Source: Phormidesmis sp. | Lineage (GTDB): Bacteria > Cyanobacteriota > Cyanobacteriia > Leptolyngbyales > Leptolyngbyaceae | Direction of reading: 5' to 3' | Length of the DNA: 64,000 nt | NCBI GenBank assembly: GCA_965248535.1 | Contig: CBDFJR010000005.1 | Coordinates: 384,001 to 448,000, forward strand | Shown: positions 30,031 to 39,625 of the stretch, in pieces | Position numbering within the stretch: position 1 is the first letter of the stretch | How the letters are laid out: each line of letters opens with the position of its first letter | Made by a program: the position numbers and the translations under genes | The notes under the pieces: model-generated | Database searches by the model: none | The model's input: only the letters and a program-made list of their open reading frames with translations | What the model was told of the DNA's origin: nothing

Positions 30031-30993
30031 TCAGCGCAATGCGATCGCCGGAGCGTAACGGCTACAGGTTAGGGCTAGCGCCACCTGTTGGGCAGAAAGA
30101 TGCAGCAGCATCAATTCATCTTCTCTGAGGGTGAAAGGCTGCTGCCATTGCAGCGATAACACCGCTAGCACTTCGCCCCGCAGCGTCACAGGAACTATCA
30201 GGTGTGCCTGAACGCCAGCCTTAGCGTAGTGAGGAACCTCTGACAAACTGGCATCGGCAGGGACATTTACAGACACCTGCATTTTTTGAGCAGCGATCGC
30301 ATCTTTCACCATCGGGTCTTTTTCTAACCAATTCTCTAAAGGCTCGGCCACACTGTAGCTGCCGTCAGCCGTCAGCGTTCCTTTATCAACCAGTTGCAAA
30401 ATGCAGCCATCGGCCAGAAAATTTTTGCCAAAGGCAGTGGCGATCGGTTCCAGGGTGCTTTCTAAGCTGACTGACTCTTGAGCCACGTAAACGATCGTCG
30501 AGAGCAGAGCAGTTTGAGCCTGCGATCGCCGCAATTCTTCCGTGCGTTGTTTCAGCAGTTCATAAGTCTCGGCGGCTCGCTGCACCACTGCTTTGAGTTC
30601 GTTAGGGTCCCAAGGCTTTGTAATATATTTATAGACCTGACCTGAATTAATCGCTTCGACCAGATCCTCAACGTCCGTAAATCCGGTGAGAATAATCCGC
30701 ATGGTGTCAGGAAATTTTGGGACGGTGCGACTCAAAAATTCCGTTCCTTTCATCTCAGGCATCCGTTGATCAGAGATAATCACCGCGACTTCGCCTTCAG
30801 CAGACAGCACTTCTAGAGCTTGAATTCCGCTTTCGGCTTTGAGAACCTGAAAGTCTCGGCGAAAGGTGCGATAAAGCAGATCAAGATTATCTGGCTCATC
30901 GTCAACCACCAGCATTTTGGTCTTTTTAAGACGCTCTGAGCTGACCAACTGGCGGCTAACGGTATCAAGCTCTGGAATTGTATATTCCATCAA
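30031..30993 (-). CDS. Response regulator, receiver + GAF domain, no DNA-binding output
   Basis: VVDDEP, ISDQRMP, LTG, KPW; C-terminal LIVPV...VLAVLSL GAF-like segment. Confidence 0.88.
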   Translation of the reverse strand: MMEYTIPELDTVSRQLVSSERLKKTKMLVVDDEPDNLDLLYRTFRRDFQVLKAESGIQALEVLSAEGEVAVIISDQRMPEMKGTEFLSRTVPKFPDTMRIILTGFTDVEDLVEAINSGQVYKYITKPWDPNELKAVVQRAAETYELLKQRTEELRRSQAQTALLSTIVYVAQESVSLESTLEPIATAFGKNFLADGCILQLVDKGTLTADGSYSVAEPLENWLEKDPMVKDAIAAQKMQVSVNVPADASLSEVPHYAKAGVQAHLIVPVTLRGEVLAVLSLQWQQPFTLREDELMLLHLSAQQVALALTCSRYAPAIALR

Positions 30994-31210
30994 TAACTAA
31001 CTCCTTCGCAAAGATGGGGAACAGCCGATCGCCGACAGTGAATTGTGTCTGGGGCGTTCAGCAAGACACTGGGCAAATGACATCTCTCTAGTCTGGCCAT
31101 TTTGCCCTTGTTTTTAACAGGTTGGGCTAAAAAGAAGGCCCGACCCGTAATCGGAGGGAATGTCTGGGTATTTATAGAGTGAGGAATCGTTTGGGCGATC
31201 GAAAACACAA

Positions 31211-32035
31211 ATGGACAGTGAACTACCCGCTAAAGACAAAAGGCTCGCGGTGCTAATTGATGCAGAAAACGCCAGTGCCGACCTAATCGAAGCACTTTTA
31301 ATGGAAGCAAGCCGATTTGGAACGACCCACGTCAAGCGCATCTATGGCGACTGGACAAACGGCCAGCTTGCTAGCTGGAAAGCTAAGTTACACAAACTTG
31401 CGATTCAGCCGATGCAGCAGTTTAGATATACGACGGGCAAAAATGCGACCGATAGCGCTCTGATCATTGATGCAATGGATTTGCTCTACACGCGCAACTT
31501 TGACGGGTTTTGCATTGTGTCTAGTGATAGCGATTTCACTCGTTTAGCCAGTCGCATTCGAGAAGCGGGGCTAGTTGTTTATGGATTTGGTGAGCAAAAA
31601 ACGCCAGAAGCTTTTGTGAGTGCTTGCGACAAATTCATCTACACAGAGGGGTTAAAACTTTTAGAAACCTGTACTGAAAAGCAACAAACAGAGCTTAAGA
31701 GCAGCATTTCTGAGTCGATAAACACGACTAAACAAACTGCGAAAGACTGCCAAACTACGAATGAGCTAATCTTAAAGATTGACAAAAAATTATTGAAGCT
31801 TTTGAAGAAGGCCTATGAAGCGATCGTCGGTAAAGACGGCTGGGCAAACTTAGGAACTCTAGGCGCACAAATCAGAAAACTCTGTCCAGATTTTAGTCCT
31901 AAAAACTATGGTTTTAAGCAGCTTGGGAAACTATTGCAGGCAACCCAAGTTTTTGACGTTAAAGAAAATCCAAACCCCAAGAACCCACAAGCCAAGGATT
32001 TCCACATCCGATATCGTGTCACGGCTTTTGCTTAG
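31211..32035 (+). CDS. NYN (LabA/DUF88 PIN-like) domain protein with C-terminal OST-HTH/LOTUS domain
   Basis: LIDAEN, YGDW, GKNATD, VSSDSDF; C-terminal GWANLGTLG...PDFSPKNYGFKQLGKL. Confidence 0.9.
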   Translation: MDSELPAKDKRLAVLIDAENASADLIEALLMEASRFGTTHVKRIYGDWTNGQLASWKAKLHKLAIQPMQQFRYTTGKNATDSALIIDAMDLLYTRNFDGFCIVSSDSDFTRLASRIREAGLVVYGFGEQKTPEAFVSACDKFIYTEGLKLLETCTEKQQTELKSSISESINTTKQTAKDCQTTNELILKIDKKLLKLLKKAYEAIVGKDGWANLGTLGAQIRKLCPDFSPKNYGFKQLGKLLQATQVFDVKENPNPKNPQAKDFHIRYRVTAFA

Positions 32036-32070
32036 TTGCATCTAGAAGGGATGGAAACTTTGAACCTACT

Positions 32071-32103
32071 AAAAAGCGGGATAGATTTTCACCTACCCCG
32101 CTT
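32071..32103 (-). terminator. Intrinsic terminator after rbcS
   Basis: AAGCGGG...CCCGCTT stem with a T-run on the minus strand. Confidence 0.7.
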
Positions 32104-32124
32104 AAATCAACTAGCTAATCGATA

Positions 32125-32490
32125 TTAGTAGCGATAACCGCCGCCGCCACTGCTGCTGGTGTTGTTGCTGCCGGGTTTGTGAACGATAAAGCTCATCACC
32201 TGACACTGCTTGATGTTGTCAAACGCAACGACACGAATGTAGCAGTGCGAATACTCAGAGCGGCACTGTTGCACTTCGTTGAGCACTTCTTGAGGGCTGG
32301 TTGCGTTAAACAGAGGCAACTTCCACATCGTCCAATAGTAGGTTTCGGGTTCAGACGTTTCGTTGAACTCGATGCAGGGGAAATAGCCCTGGTCGATCGT
32401 GTACTGAATCTGACGCGCGATTTGAGCATCGGTCAGCGCAGGAAGATACGAAAAAGTTTCGTAACGGCGCTCTTTAGGCAGAGTTTTCAT
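32125..32490 (-). CDS. rbcS: Rubisco small subunit
   Basis: [29 protein letters not shown]. Confidence 0.98.
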   Translation of the reverse strand: MKTLPKERRYETFSYLPALTDAQIARQIQYTIDQGYFPCIEFNETSEPETYYWTMWKLPLFNATSPQEVLNEVQQCRSEYSHCYIRVVAFDNIKQCQVMSFIVHKPGSNNTSSSGGGGYRY

Positions 32491-32525
32491 GAATTTCCTC
32501 GATCGAAGGTTTTGCGTTTTTAAGG

Positions 32526-32936
32526 TTAGGCCGACTCGTCGTTAGCCGCTTCATCAAAAGGTTCTGACGAGTCGATAGAAGAATTGGGAGTCGTCGAATT
32601 GAATTGCGTGATCCGCTCTAACTGCTGGCGGCGCTGATCCATGTTGGCTTGCTGAACCGTCGATCGCAGCATCTCTGGCAAAAACTCAGCAATCTCATTG
32701 GCAAGATGTTCTCTCACCGTCAAAATGCGGAATGCCAGATCCTGCCGTTCCTGAAAAAGCGCTTGCAAATATGCTTCGCCATCCTGAATCTTTTCTCGTG
32801 CAGAGAATTGATGCAGCCAATAGGCCCGCTTCGGTTCAGTTTCATCCAACTGGGAAATCACCACCCGCACCGCCTGATAAGTCAGGTAGCTCGTTAGCGT
32901 CTTAGTCGTATCTTTCGCAATTCGCTTGAGATCCAT
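32526..32936 (-). CDS. rbcX: Rubisco assembly chaperone RbcX
   Basis: [25 protein letters not shown]; located between rbcL and rbcS. Confidence 0.97.
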   Translation of the reverse strand: MDLKRIAKDTTKTLTSYLTYQAVRVVISQLDETEPKRAYWLHQFSAREKIQDGEAYLQALFQERQDLAFRILTVREHLANEIAEFLPEMLRSTVQQANMDQRRQQLERITQFNSTTPNSSIDSSEPFDEAANDESA

Positions 32937-32946
32937 GAGCGAAGTA

Positions 32947-32999
32947 GTTTAGGTTTTAGATTTTAGATTAAACTTTAACGCTAAAATCCAAAACCCAAA
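32947..32999. repeat. Short heptamer-type (STRR-like) repeats forming an imperfect inverted pair
   Basis: tttaggttttagattttagatt ... ctaaaatccaaaacccaaa in the rbcL-rbcX spacer. Confidence 0.55.
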
Positions 33000-33013
33000 G
33001 TTCAAGCTGGTGA

Positions 33014-34444
33014 TCAAACGGTATCGACAGCCTCGAACTCGAACTTGATTTCCTTCCACAGCTCACAAGCAGCCGCCAACTCAGGCGACCAACGGCACGC
33101 TTCACGAATGATGTCGCCGCCTTCACGCATGAGGTCACGACCTTCGTTACGAGCCTGCACGCACGCTTCAAGCGCGACGCGGTTAGCAGTTGCACCCGGT
33201 GCATTACCCCAAGGGTGTCCAAGGGTGCCGCCACCGAATTGCAGGACAGAATCATCGCCGAAGATGTCAACCAACGCAGGCATATGCCAAACGTGGATGC
33301 CACCGGAAGCAACGGCCATGACACCCGGCATCGAAGCCCAGTCTTGGGTGAAGTAGATACCGCGAGAAGGATCGCGCTCAATGTAGTTTTCACGCAGCAG
33401 GTCGATGAAACCCAAGGTGATCGCTTTGTCGCCTTCGAGCTTACCGACAACGGTTCCGGTGTGAATGTGGTCGCCACCAGACATCCGCAGACACTTCGCT
33501 AAGACGCGGAAGTGAATGCCGTGGTTTTTCTGACGGTCAATCACAGCGTGCATGGCGCGGTGAATGTGCAGCAAGACTCCGTTATCGCGGCACCAGTGCG
33601 CCAGCGTGGTGTTGGCGGTAAAGCCAGCCGTTAAGAAGTCGTGCATGATGATCGGCATTTCGAGTTCTTTGGCGTACTCGGCCCGCTTCAGCATTTCTTC
33701 GCAGGTTGCGGCGGTGCAGTTCAGGTAGTGACCTTTGATTTCTCCGGTTTCTGCCTGAGACTTGTGAATCGCGTCTGCCACAAACAGGAAGCGATCGCGC
33801 CAGCGTTGGAACGGCTGGGAGTTGATGTTTTCGTCGTCTTTGGTGAAGTCCAAACCACCGCGCAGACATTCGTAAACGGCGCGTCCGTAGTTTTTAGCCG
33901 ACAAACCAAGCTTTGGCTTGATGGTGCAACCCAACATGGGGCGACCATATTTGTTGATTTTGTCGCGCTCAACCTGAATGCCGTGAGGAGGCCCTTGGAA
34001 GGTCTTCAAATAAGCAACGGGGATGCGAAGGTCTTCTAGACGCAGCGCTTTGAGAGCTTTGAAACCAAACACGTTGCCGACGAGAGAGGTCAACAGGTTG
34101 GTGACAGAGCCTTCTTCAAACAAGTCCAACGGATACGCGATGTAGGCGATGAACTGGCTATCTTCACCTTTGACAGGCTCGATGTCGTAGCAACGTCCTT
34201 TGTAGCGATCGAGGTCAGTCAGCAAGTCTGTCCAGACGGTCGTCCAGGTTCCTGTGGAGGATTCTGCGGCAACTGCGGCTGCGGCTTCTTCGGGGGGAAC
34301 GCCAGGCTGAGGAGTGACCCGGAACGCTGCCAAAATATCGGTATCTTTAGGCGTGTAGTCTGGGGTGTAGTAGGTTAAGCGGTAATCTTGAACCCCAGCT
34401 TTATACCCAGCTTTCGCCTGGGTTTTGGTTTGAGCGTACGACAT
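33014..34444 (-). CDS. rbcL: Rubisco large subunit (form IB)
   Basis: [11 protein letters not shown] catalytic motif; 476 aa; rbcLXS order. Confidence 0.99.
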   Translation of the reverse strand: MSYAQTKTQAKAGYKAGVQDYRLTYYTPDYTPKDTDILAAFRVTPQPGVPPEEAAAAVAAESSTGTWTTVWTDLLTDLDRYKGRCYDIEPVKGEDSQFIAYIAYPLDLFEEGSVTNLLTSLVGNVFGFKALKALRLEDLRIPVAYLKTFQGPPHGIQVERDKINKYGRPMLGCTIKPKLGLSAKNYGRAVYECLRGGLDFTKDDENINSQPFQRWRDRFLFVADAIHKSQAETGEIKGHYLNCTAATCEEMLKRAEYAKELEMPIIMHDFLTAGFTANTTLAHWCRDNGVLLHIHRAMHAVIDRQKNHGIHFRVLAKCLRMSGGDHIHTGTVVGKLEGDKAITLGFIDLLRENYIERDPSRGIYFTQDWASMPGVMAVASGGIHVWHMPALVDIFGDDSVLQFGGGTLGHPWGNAPGATANRVALEACVQARNEGRDLMREGGDIIREACRWSPELAAACELWKEIKFEFEAVDTV

Positions 34445-34695
34445 ATCTCCCTTCCTGTTTAAATCGTCAAAAATTTCTCAGCAAGCAGCACCAACAGCGC
34501 TCAGACAAACTGCCTGACCTACGTTGGGTAGTCCAACTTATGTACCTTACACCGATGGGGGATCGACTTTTCACATTTGATCTCAAAGTTTGAAATCAAG
34601 TTTTCAGCCATGCCTCATTAAGTGGCTAGATAACATCTTCTTAAGGATGATATCAGGATCTTGATAAGCATTACTTGAGGAATTCTGTAGCGTTA

Positions 34696-34712
34696 GATAA
34701 ACGATCGTTATC
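34696..34712. promoter_or_regulatory. Candidate LysR-type (T-N11-A) operator upstream of rbcL
   Basis: GATAA-ACGATCG-TTATC dyad. Confidence 0.45.
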
Positions 34713-34876
34713 AATTACGTCGTTAATTGTCGCTTTGTAAAGATATGACTCGATCGAAGATTCAAGCGGGGCGATCGGGCCCATTCACCTCTCCAAAACT
34801 TAGCGGCTGAGATGATCAGACAGGGCTGTGAGATGATGGCCAGAACGCATTTTCCGTTTGCCCGTCTCAAGAGGAG

Positions 34877-36238
34877 TTGCTGGTGAAACCGTCTCCATCC
34901 CTGCTAAAAGTTTTTCAAAGCCGCAAGATGATGGCGCTGCTGCTGCTGGGGTTTTCTTCGGGGTTACCATTCTATCTAACCAGCAAAGATCCCCTGCAAG
35001 CTTGGCTCACTAAAGAAGGCGTAGACCTAAAAGTGATTGCTGCGTTTAGCATTGCTGCCGTCCCCTATTCGCTGAAGTTTCTCTGGTCGCCGCTGCTCGA
35101 TCGCTACGTTCCTCCGCTTTTGGGACGGCGGCGCGGCTGGCTAGTGGTGACTCAGATTGGGCTGATAGTGACGATCGCGCTAATGGCATTCCAAGACCCA
35201 ACGCATTTGAATCAGTTTGCAGTGAATTCGACCGACGTTTGTCGCAATGCGCCTTGGCTCAGGGGCTTATGTGAATTTTGGGAGACCTTTAAATCGCTGT
35301 CTGCCAGTCCGTTTTTCTTAGCGGCGTTTGTCGTGGCGTTTTTTAGTGCCAGTCAAGATATTGTTGCCGATGCCTACCGCACCGATGTGTTGTCGGAGCC
35401 AGAACGGGGTGCAGGGGCTTCCCTGTTTTTGCTGGGTTATCGAGCGGCGATTTTGGTGGCGGGGGCGGTGACGTTTCAGTTAGCGGGCTGGATGCCTTGG
35501 CAATGGGTTTATCTGATCATGGCGGCGCTGATGACGATCGGGCTAATCACCTCCTTTTTTGCGCCAGAGCCAACGGTGCAAATTCGGCCGCCGCGCACGC
35601 TGAGAGAATCGGTCGTTTTGCCCTTTCAAGAATTTTTTCAGCGCAATGGCTCGCGGCAAGCGGTGCTGATTTTGGTGTTTGTCATCATCTACAAGCTAGG
35701 TGATTCTCTCTTGAGAAACGTGGCCACGCCCTTTTTGCTCAACAAAGGCTTGAACTTTAGTCCCGACGATCTGGCTACGCCAAAAGCGCTGGCGATCGCT
35801 GCAATTATCGTCGGAACGCTGGCAGGAGGGGCGATCATGACCAAGATTGGAGTGAATCGATCGCTGTGGGTTTTTGCCGTTTTGCAAGCGATCGGCAATC
35901 TTTCTTATGTGCTGCTGGCGATCGTGGGCAAAAACTATCTGCTGATGGTGTTTGCGCTCAATGTGGAGAACTTTACCGCAGGCTTGGAAGCTGCCGCGTT
36001 TGTGGCCTTTTTGATGAGTCTCTGCAACGCGGGCTTGTCAGCGACTCAATATGCCCTGCTTTCAAGTTTGGCGGCGTTTAGTCGAGATATTTTAGTCGCG
36101 CCTGCGGGTCAGTGGGCAACGGCGATGGGCTGGACGCTCTTCTTTTCAATGACGGCAGTGTTGGCACTTCCGGGATTGGTGTTGTTGCCCTTCTTTGCAC
36201 CGTGGAATGCTGAGGCGACCGCTTCAGATGAGCTTTAA
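34877..36238 (+). CDS. ampG: AmpG-family muropeptide MFS transporter
   Basis: LGFSSGLP, LKFLWSPLLD, GRRRGW, SASQDIVADAYR, ATQYALLSS. Confidence 0.92.
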   Translation: MLVKPSPSLLKVFQSRKMMALLLLGFSSGLPFYLTSKDPLQAWLTKEGVDLKVIAAFSIAAVPYSLKFLWSPLLDRYVPPLLGRRRGWLVVTQIGLIVTIALMAFQDPTHLNQFAVNSTDVCRNAPWLRGLCEFWETFKSLSASPFFLAAFVVAFFSASQDIVADAYRTDVLSEPERGAGASLFLLGYRAAILVAGAVTFQLAGWMPWQWVYLIMAALMTIGLITSFFAPEPTVQIRPPRTLRESVVLPFQEFFQRNGSRQAVLILVFVIIYKLGDSLLRNVATPFLLNKGLNFSPDDLATPKALAIAAIIVGTLAGGAIMTKIGVNRSLWVFAVLQAIGNLSYVLLAIVGKNYLLMVFALNVENFTAGLEAAAFVAFLMSLCNAGLSATQYALLSSLAAFSRDILVAPAGQWATAMGWTLFFSMTAVLALPGLVLLPFFAPWNAEATASDEL

Positions 36239-36344
36239 ATCTTTCCATCACAGCGGGGTCAAGAGCGGTAGGATTAGATTAGAGGTTTTTACAAATCTTG
36301 AGCTAATTTTTTAGAAAAATCCCTTCATTGCGATCGCCCGTCCT

Positions 36345-36593
36345 ATGGCTTTTCTTCGTCAGTATGTTGCCCCGCTGCTGGTAGTGCTGGTTTTCTTAGT
36401 TGCGTTGCTGGCCGTGAGTGCCCGAATCTTTTTGCCTTCAGATATGGCGGCTCCGGCTCCGATCGAAGAGGTCAATCCGGCTAGTAACCAAACTCAGGCT
36501 CCCGACTCAAAAACCGTGGCCGGGTTGCCGCCTGCCCTGGCTGCCTTAATTAAGGGACTACCTGACGATTTTGCCCCCTCCGAAAAGCTTTAA
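36345..36593 (+). CDS. Small single-TM hypothetical protein
   Basis: MAFLRQYVAP + hydrophobic helix + LPSDMAAPAP. Confidence 0.7.
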   Translation: MAFLRQYVAPLLVVLVFLVALLAVSARIFLPSDMAAPAPIEEVNPASNQTQAPDSKTVAGLPPALAALIKGLPDDFAPSEKL

Positions 36594-37104
36594 TGATGGG
36601 CTTGTGTTTCACCAGCTACCCTCTGATTATCGGCTGCGAGTAGGTTCGACGCTAGACAGGGCGCTGCTGGTGAAGTTCATGCAGCGCACTTATCAAGAGC
36701 TTTATCCCACCAGTGACTTGGCTCATTTAGCCGTGACGATCGAGCAATATCTCTCTAGTCAGACCCCGATCTGGTGGGTTGATCTTGGTTCGGTTGTGGT
36801 GGCGGAAGGTCTGCCCTCTTCGCGGTTTGTGGAGTCTGCGATCGCGGGTTTGTGGCTGGGCAACGCCATCGATCAAGCCAGCGGCGATCGTCACGCTCAT
36901 ATCTTCTTGCTCTATGTGATGCCTAGCCATCGACGCAAAGGCATTGGCGCGGCGCTGGTGCATCATGCTGAAACTTGGGCGCGAGCCAGAGGCGATCGCC
37001 AAATTGGTTTGCAAGTTTTCACCTCTAATCAGCCTGCTGTTCAGCTATATCAAACCTTGGGCTACCAAACTCAATCGCTGTGGATGGTCAAGCCGCTAGA
37101 ATGA
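36571..37104 (+). CDS. GNAT-family acetyltransferase
   Basis: LYVMPSHRRKGIGAAL acetyl-CoA motif; NQPAVQLYQTLGY. Confidence 0.88.
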   Translation: MPPPKSFNDGLVFHQLPSDYRLRVGSTLDRALLVKFMQRTYQELYPTSDLAHLAVTIEQYLSSQTPIWWVDLGSVVVAEGLPSSRFVESAIAGLWLGNAIDQASGDRHAHIFLLYVMPSHRRKGIGAALVHHAETWARARGDRQIGLQVFTSNQPAVQLYQTLGYQTQSLWMVKPLE

Positions 37105-37159
37105 TGAGAAATTTTGGATTCAAAATTCTCTAGTCGTCTGGTGCGGTAAAGTTACACAT

Positions 37160-37921
37160 ATGTATAGTGATGATGAGTTGACCGTCTTGGATCTCGACGC
37201 TGATTTAGCCGACCCGCTAGATCAAATTCCTGCGATCGATGAAGACGAGTCAGAGGCCCATAAGCCCAACCCCGACTTGATGCTGGCCATCCTGGAATCG
37301 CAAGATGTGCAGCAGAGAATGATGGCGACAAGAGCCTTTTGTGAACTGCAAGACGATCGGGCGATTCCCCATTTAATTCGCCTGCTGAGTGATCCCTGTC
37401 CTCTCGTGCGGGTGAGTGCGGCTTATGCCTTGGGGCGCAACCCTAGCGCCGATGCCGTTGAGCCACTTGTTCAGCAATATAACGAAGATTGGAACGGCTA
37501 TGTGCGTAAAGGCGTGGTCTGGGCATTGGGAAACTGCCACGATCGCCGCGCTTTGCAAACGCTGATCACAGCCGTTAGAACCGACATTCCCGCAGTGCGG
37601 TTATGGGCAGCGAGTGCGCTGGCTCAGATGGCATCGGTGGGCTATGAGGTGGTCGTGGCAGCAATGGCACCCCTGATTGAAACGTTGAGACAAGATCCAG
37701 TGGCGGCCATTCGCAGTAATGCGGCTTGGGCCTTGGGGCAACTCTGTCGAGAACTCCCTTCAAACGTGATTTACGCCACGGCGATCGATGCTCTAATCGA
37801 GTCGTTTGCTGAAGACTCAGACGTAGGTGTGCGCGAAGATGCTAAATCTGCAATGCTCAAAGTCGGTGACACTCGCGGGCTGCAAGTGATCGAAGAGTTA
37901 GAACAAGAAGGACTGCTCTAA
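37160..37921 (+). CDS. HEAT-repeat (PBS-lyase-like) protein
   Basis: Repeated VRxxAAxALG units. Confidence 0.88.
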   Translation: MYSDDELTVLDLDADLADPLDQIPAIDEDESEAHKPNPDLMLAILESQDVQQRMMATRAFCELQDDRAIPHLIRLLSDPCPLVRVSAAYALGRNPSADAVEPLVQQYNEDWNGYVRKGVVWALGNCHDRRALQTLITAVRTDIPAVRLWAASALAQMASVGYEVVVAAMAPLIETLRQDPVAAIRSNAAWALGQLCRELPSNVIYATAIDALIESFAEDSDVGVREDAKSAMLKVGDTRGLQVIEELEQEGLL

Positions 37922-38182
37922 AAACACTGTGGCATCTTCACCTACGTAAAATGAACCCATTCACGACGATTAGAAACACTGAAATTAATTGAATAGACAC
38001 ATCACTAGCATGTTTTTTAATCATCTCAGAATTTATAACTAAACACTATCACGACTGCAAAACTAAAATAGTTTCACCATTTAACCAATGAGAAATATAT
38101 AAAAACCAACACACTTTTAGAATTCAGAAAGATAGGAAGATCAGATCTAAAAAAATAGCCCAATTGGAGCAGCGAGTTAACA

Positions 38183-38785
38183 ATGGTTAGTGAAGTCAAA
38201 ACAGTTTCAGGACGCGGCATTCCCTTAGTGGGCAACGACATCGACACCGATCGGATCATTCCTGCCCGATTTTTGCGCTGCGTCACCTTTGACGGGCTAG
38301 GAGCCGATGTGTTTGCCGACGATCGGGCCCAATCTAACGGTCAACACCCTTTTGATCAACCTCAATATCAAGGCGCTAAAGTTCTCGTCGTTAACGATAA
38401 TTTTGGCTGTGGCTCCAGTCGCGAACACGCACCCCAAGCGATCGCTAAATGGGGCATCGGCGCGATCGTGGGTGAAAGCTTTGCCGAGATCTTTTTTGGT
38501 AACTGCGTGGTCATGGGCATTCCCTGCGTGATCACTGACTCTGCGATCGCTAAACACTTGCAGGAAATGGTGACTGCCGATCCGCACGTCGAGATCACGG
38601 TGGATCTAGAAGCGATGCAGGTGCGGTGCGGTGATTTCAGTGCGCCGATTTCGATGGGCGAAGGCTCCCGCATGATGCTGAAGGCAGGCACTTGGGATGC
38701 CTGTGGTCAACTGGTGGCTCAGGGCGATCAGACTCGCGCCACAGCCGCAAATTTGCCCTATCTAGCTTGGAGCCACCTTGCCTAG
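38183..38785 (+). CDS. leuD: 3-isopropylmalate dehydratase small subunit
   Basis: [34 protein letters not shown]. Confidence 0.96.
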   Translation: MVSEVKTVSGRGIPLVGNDIDTDRIIPARFLRCVTFDGLGADVFADDRAQSNGQHPFDQPQYQGAKVLVVNDNFGCGSSREHAPQAIAKWGIGAIVGESFAEIFFGNCVVMGIPCVITDSAIAKHLQEMVTADPHVEITVDLEAMQVRCGDFSAPISMGEGSRMMLKAGTWDACGQLVAQGDQTRATAANLPYLAWSHLA

Positions 38786-38930
38786 AAAACCGCTAAGAAT
38801 TCTTTCTGTATTGAAAGAACTCGGAAAGAGAACCAGGATTTATGAGTTAAGGCAGCACGATCGCGCCAAGATACCCTATACCCACGATCCTATACCCATG
38901 GTAAAGTTGCCCTAGGGTTACAAGAGTTAC

Positions 38931-39572
38931 ATGAAACTAATTTCTGTTTGCGTTGGGCTGCCGCAGGACGTGATCTGGAAGGGAAAGCCCGTCACGACTG
39001 GCATCTTCAAACAGCCCGTGACTGAACGATTGATGATGCGATCGCTCAATCTAGACGGCGATCGCCAGGCAGATCTGACCGTGCATGGGGGCGTTGAGAA
39101 AGCTATTTATGCTTACCCAGTCGAGCATTATCCCTATTGGCGGCAAGAGCTACCAGAGGAAGCGTTGCCTTGGGGATCATTTGGCGAAAATTTGACCATT
39201 GAGGGATTGTCAGAGACAACCGTCAACATTGGCGATCGCTTTCGCATTGGCACAGCCGAACTGATGGTGACGCAGCCCCGGTTTCCATGCTTTAAACTCA
39301 ACCTCAAGTTTGGGCGCGACGACATGAGCAAACGCTTTCTCAACAGTCGTCTCAGCGGCATTTATTTTTCAGTCGTTCGAGAAGGCGAGGTCGGCGCAGG
39401 AGACGCGATCGAACAGGTCAGTCGAGATGACCATAACGTCACGGTTGCTGACATCGTGCAAATCTATGTGGGTGAAGCGACCAAAGACTTGGTGCGCCGC
39501 GCTGTCCAGGTTCCGGCTCTGGCTGTTAGTTTGCGAGACTCGTTTCAACAACAGATTGACAGACAGCTTTAA
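38931..39572 (+). CDS. MOSC-domain (YiiM-like) molybdenum-cofactor protein
   Basis: TGIFK, GDRQAD, HGG, FGEN, QPRFPCFKL, G-Y-V motifs. Confidence 0.9.
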   Translation: MKLISVCVGLPQDVIWKGKPVTTGIFKQPVTERLMMRSLNLDGDRQADLTVHGGVEKAIYAYPVEHYPYWRQELPEEALPWGSFGENLTIEGLSETTVNIGDRFRIGTAELMVTQPRFPCFKLNLKFGRDDMSKRFLNSRLSGIYFSVVREGEVGAGDAIEQVSRDDHNVTVADIVQIYVGEATKDLVRRAVQVPALAVSLRDSFQQQIDRQL

Positions 39573-39625
39573 GAACGTGAATTAACGCTCTTACGCCAAG
39601 TTGGATAGATATCAACACGGCTCGA

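Noticed and set aside
32968..34039. Long alternative-frame and antisense ORFs over rbcL (likewise over dnaK, narB, nrtC, nirA)
   Set aside because: These are shadow ORFs from codon bias of well-conserved genes and have no independent motifs.
38875..38899. cctataccca direct repeat upstream of the MOSC gene
   Set aside because: Only two short copies, resembling common cyanobacterial short tandem repeats; no further support for a function.
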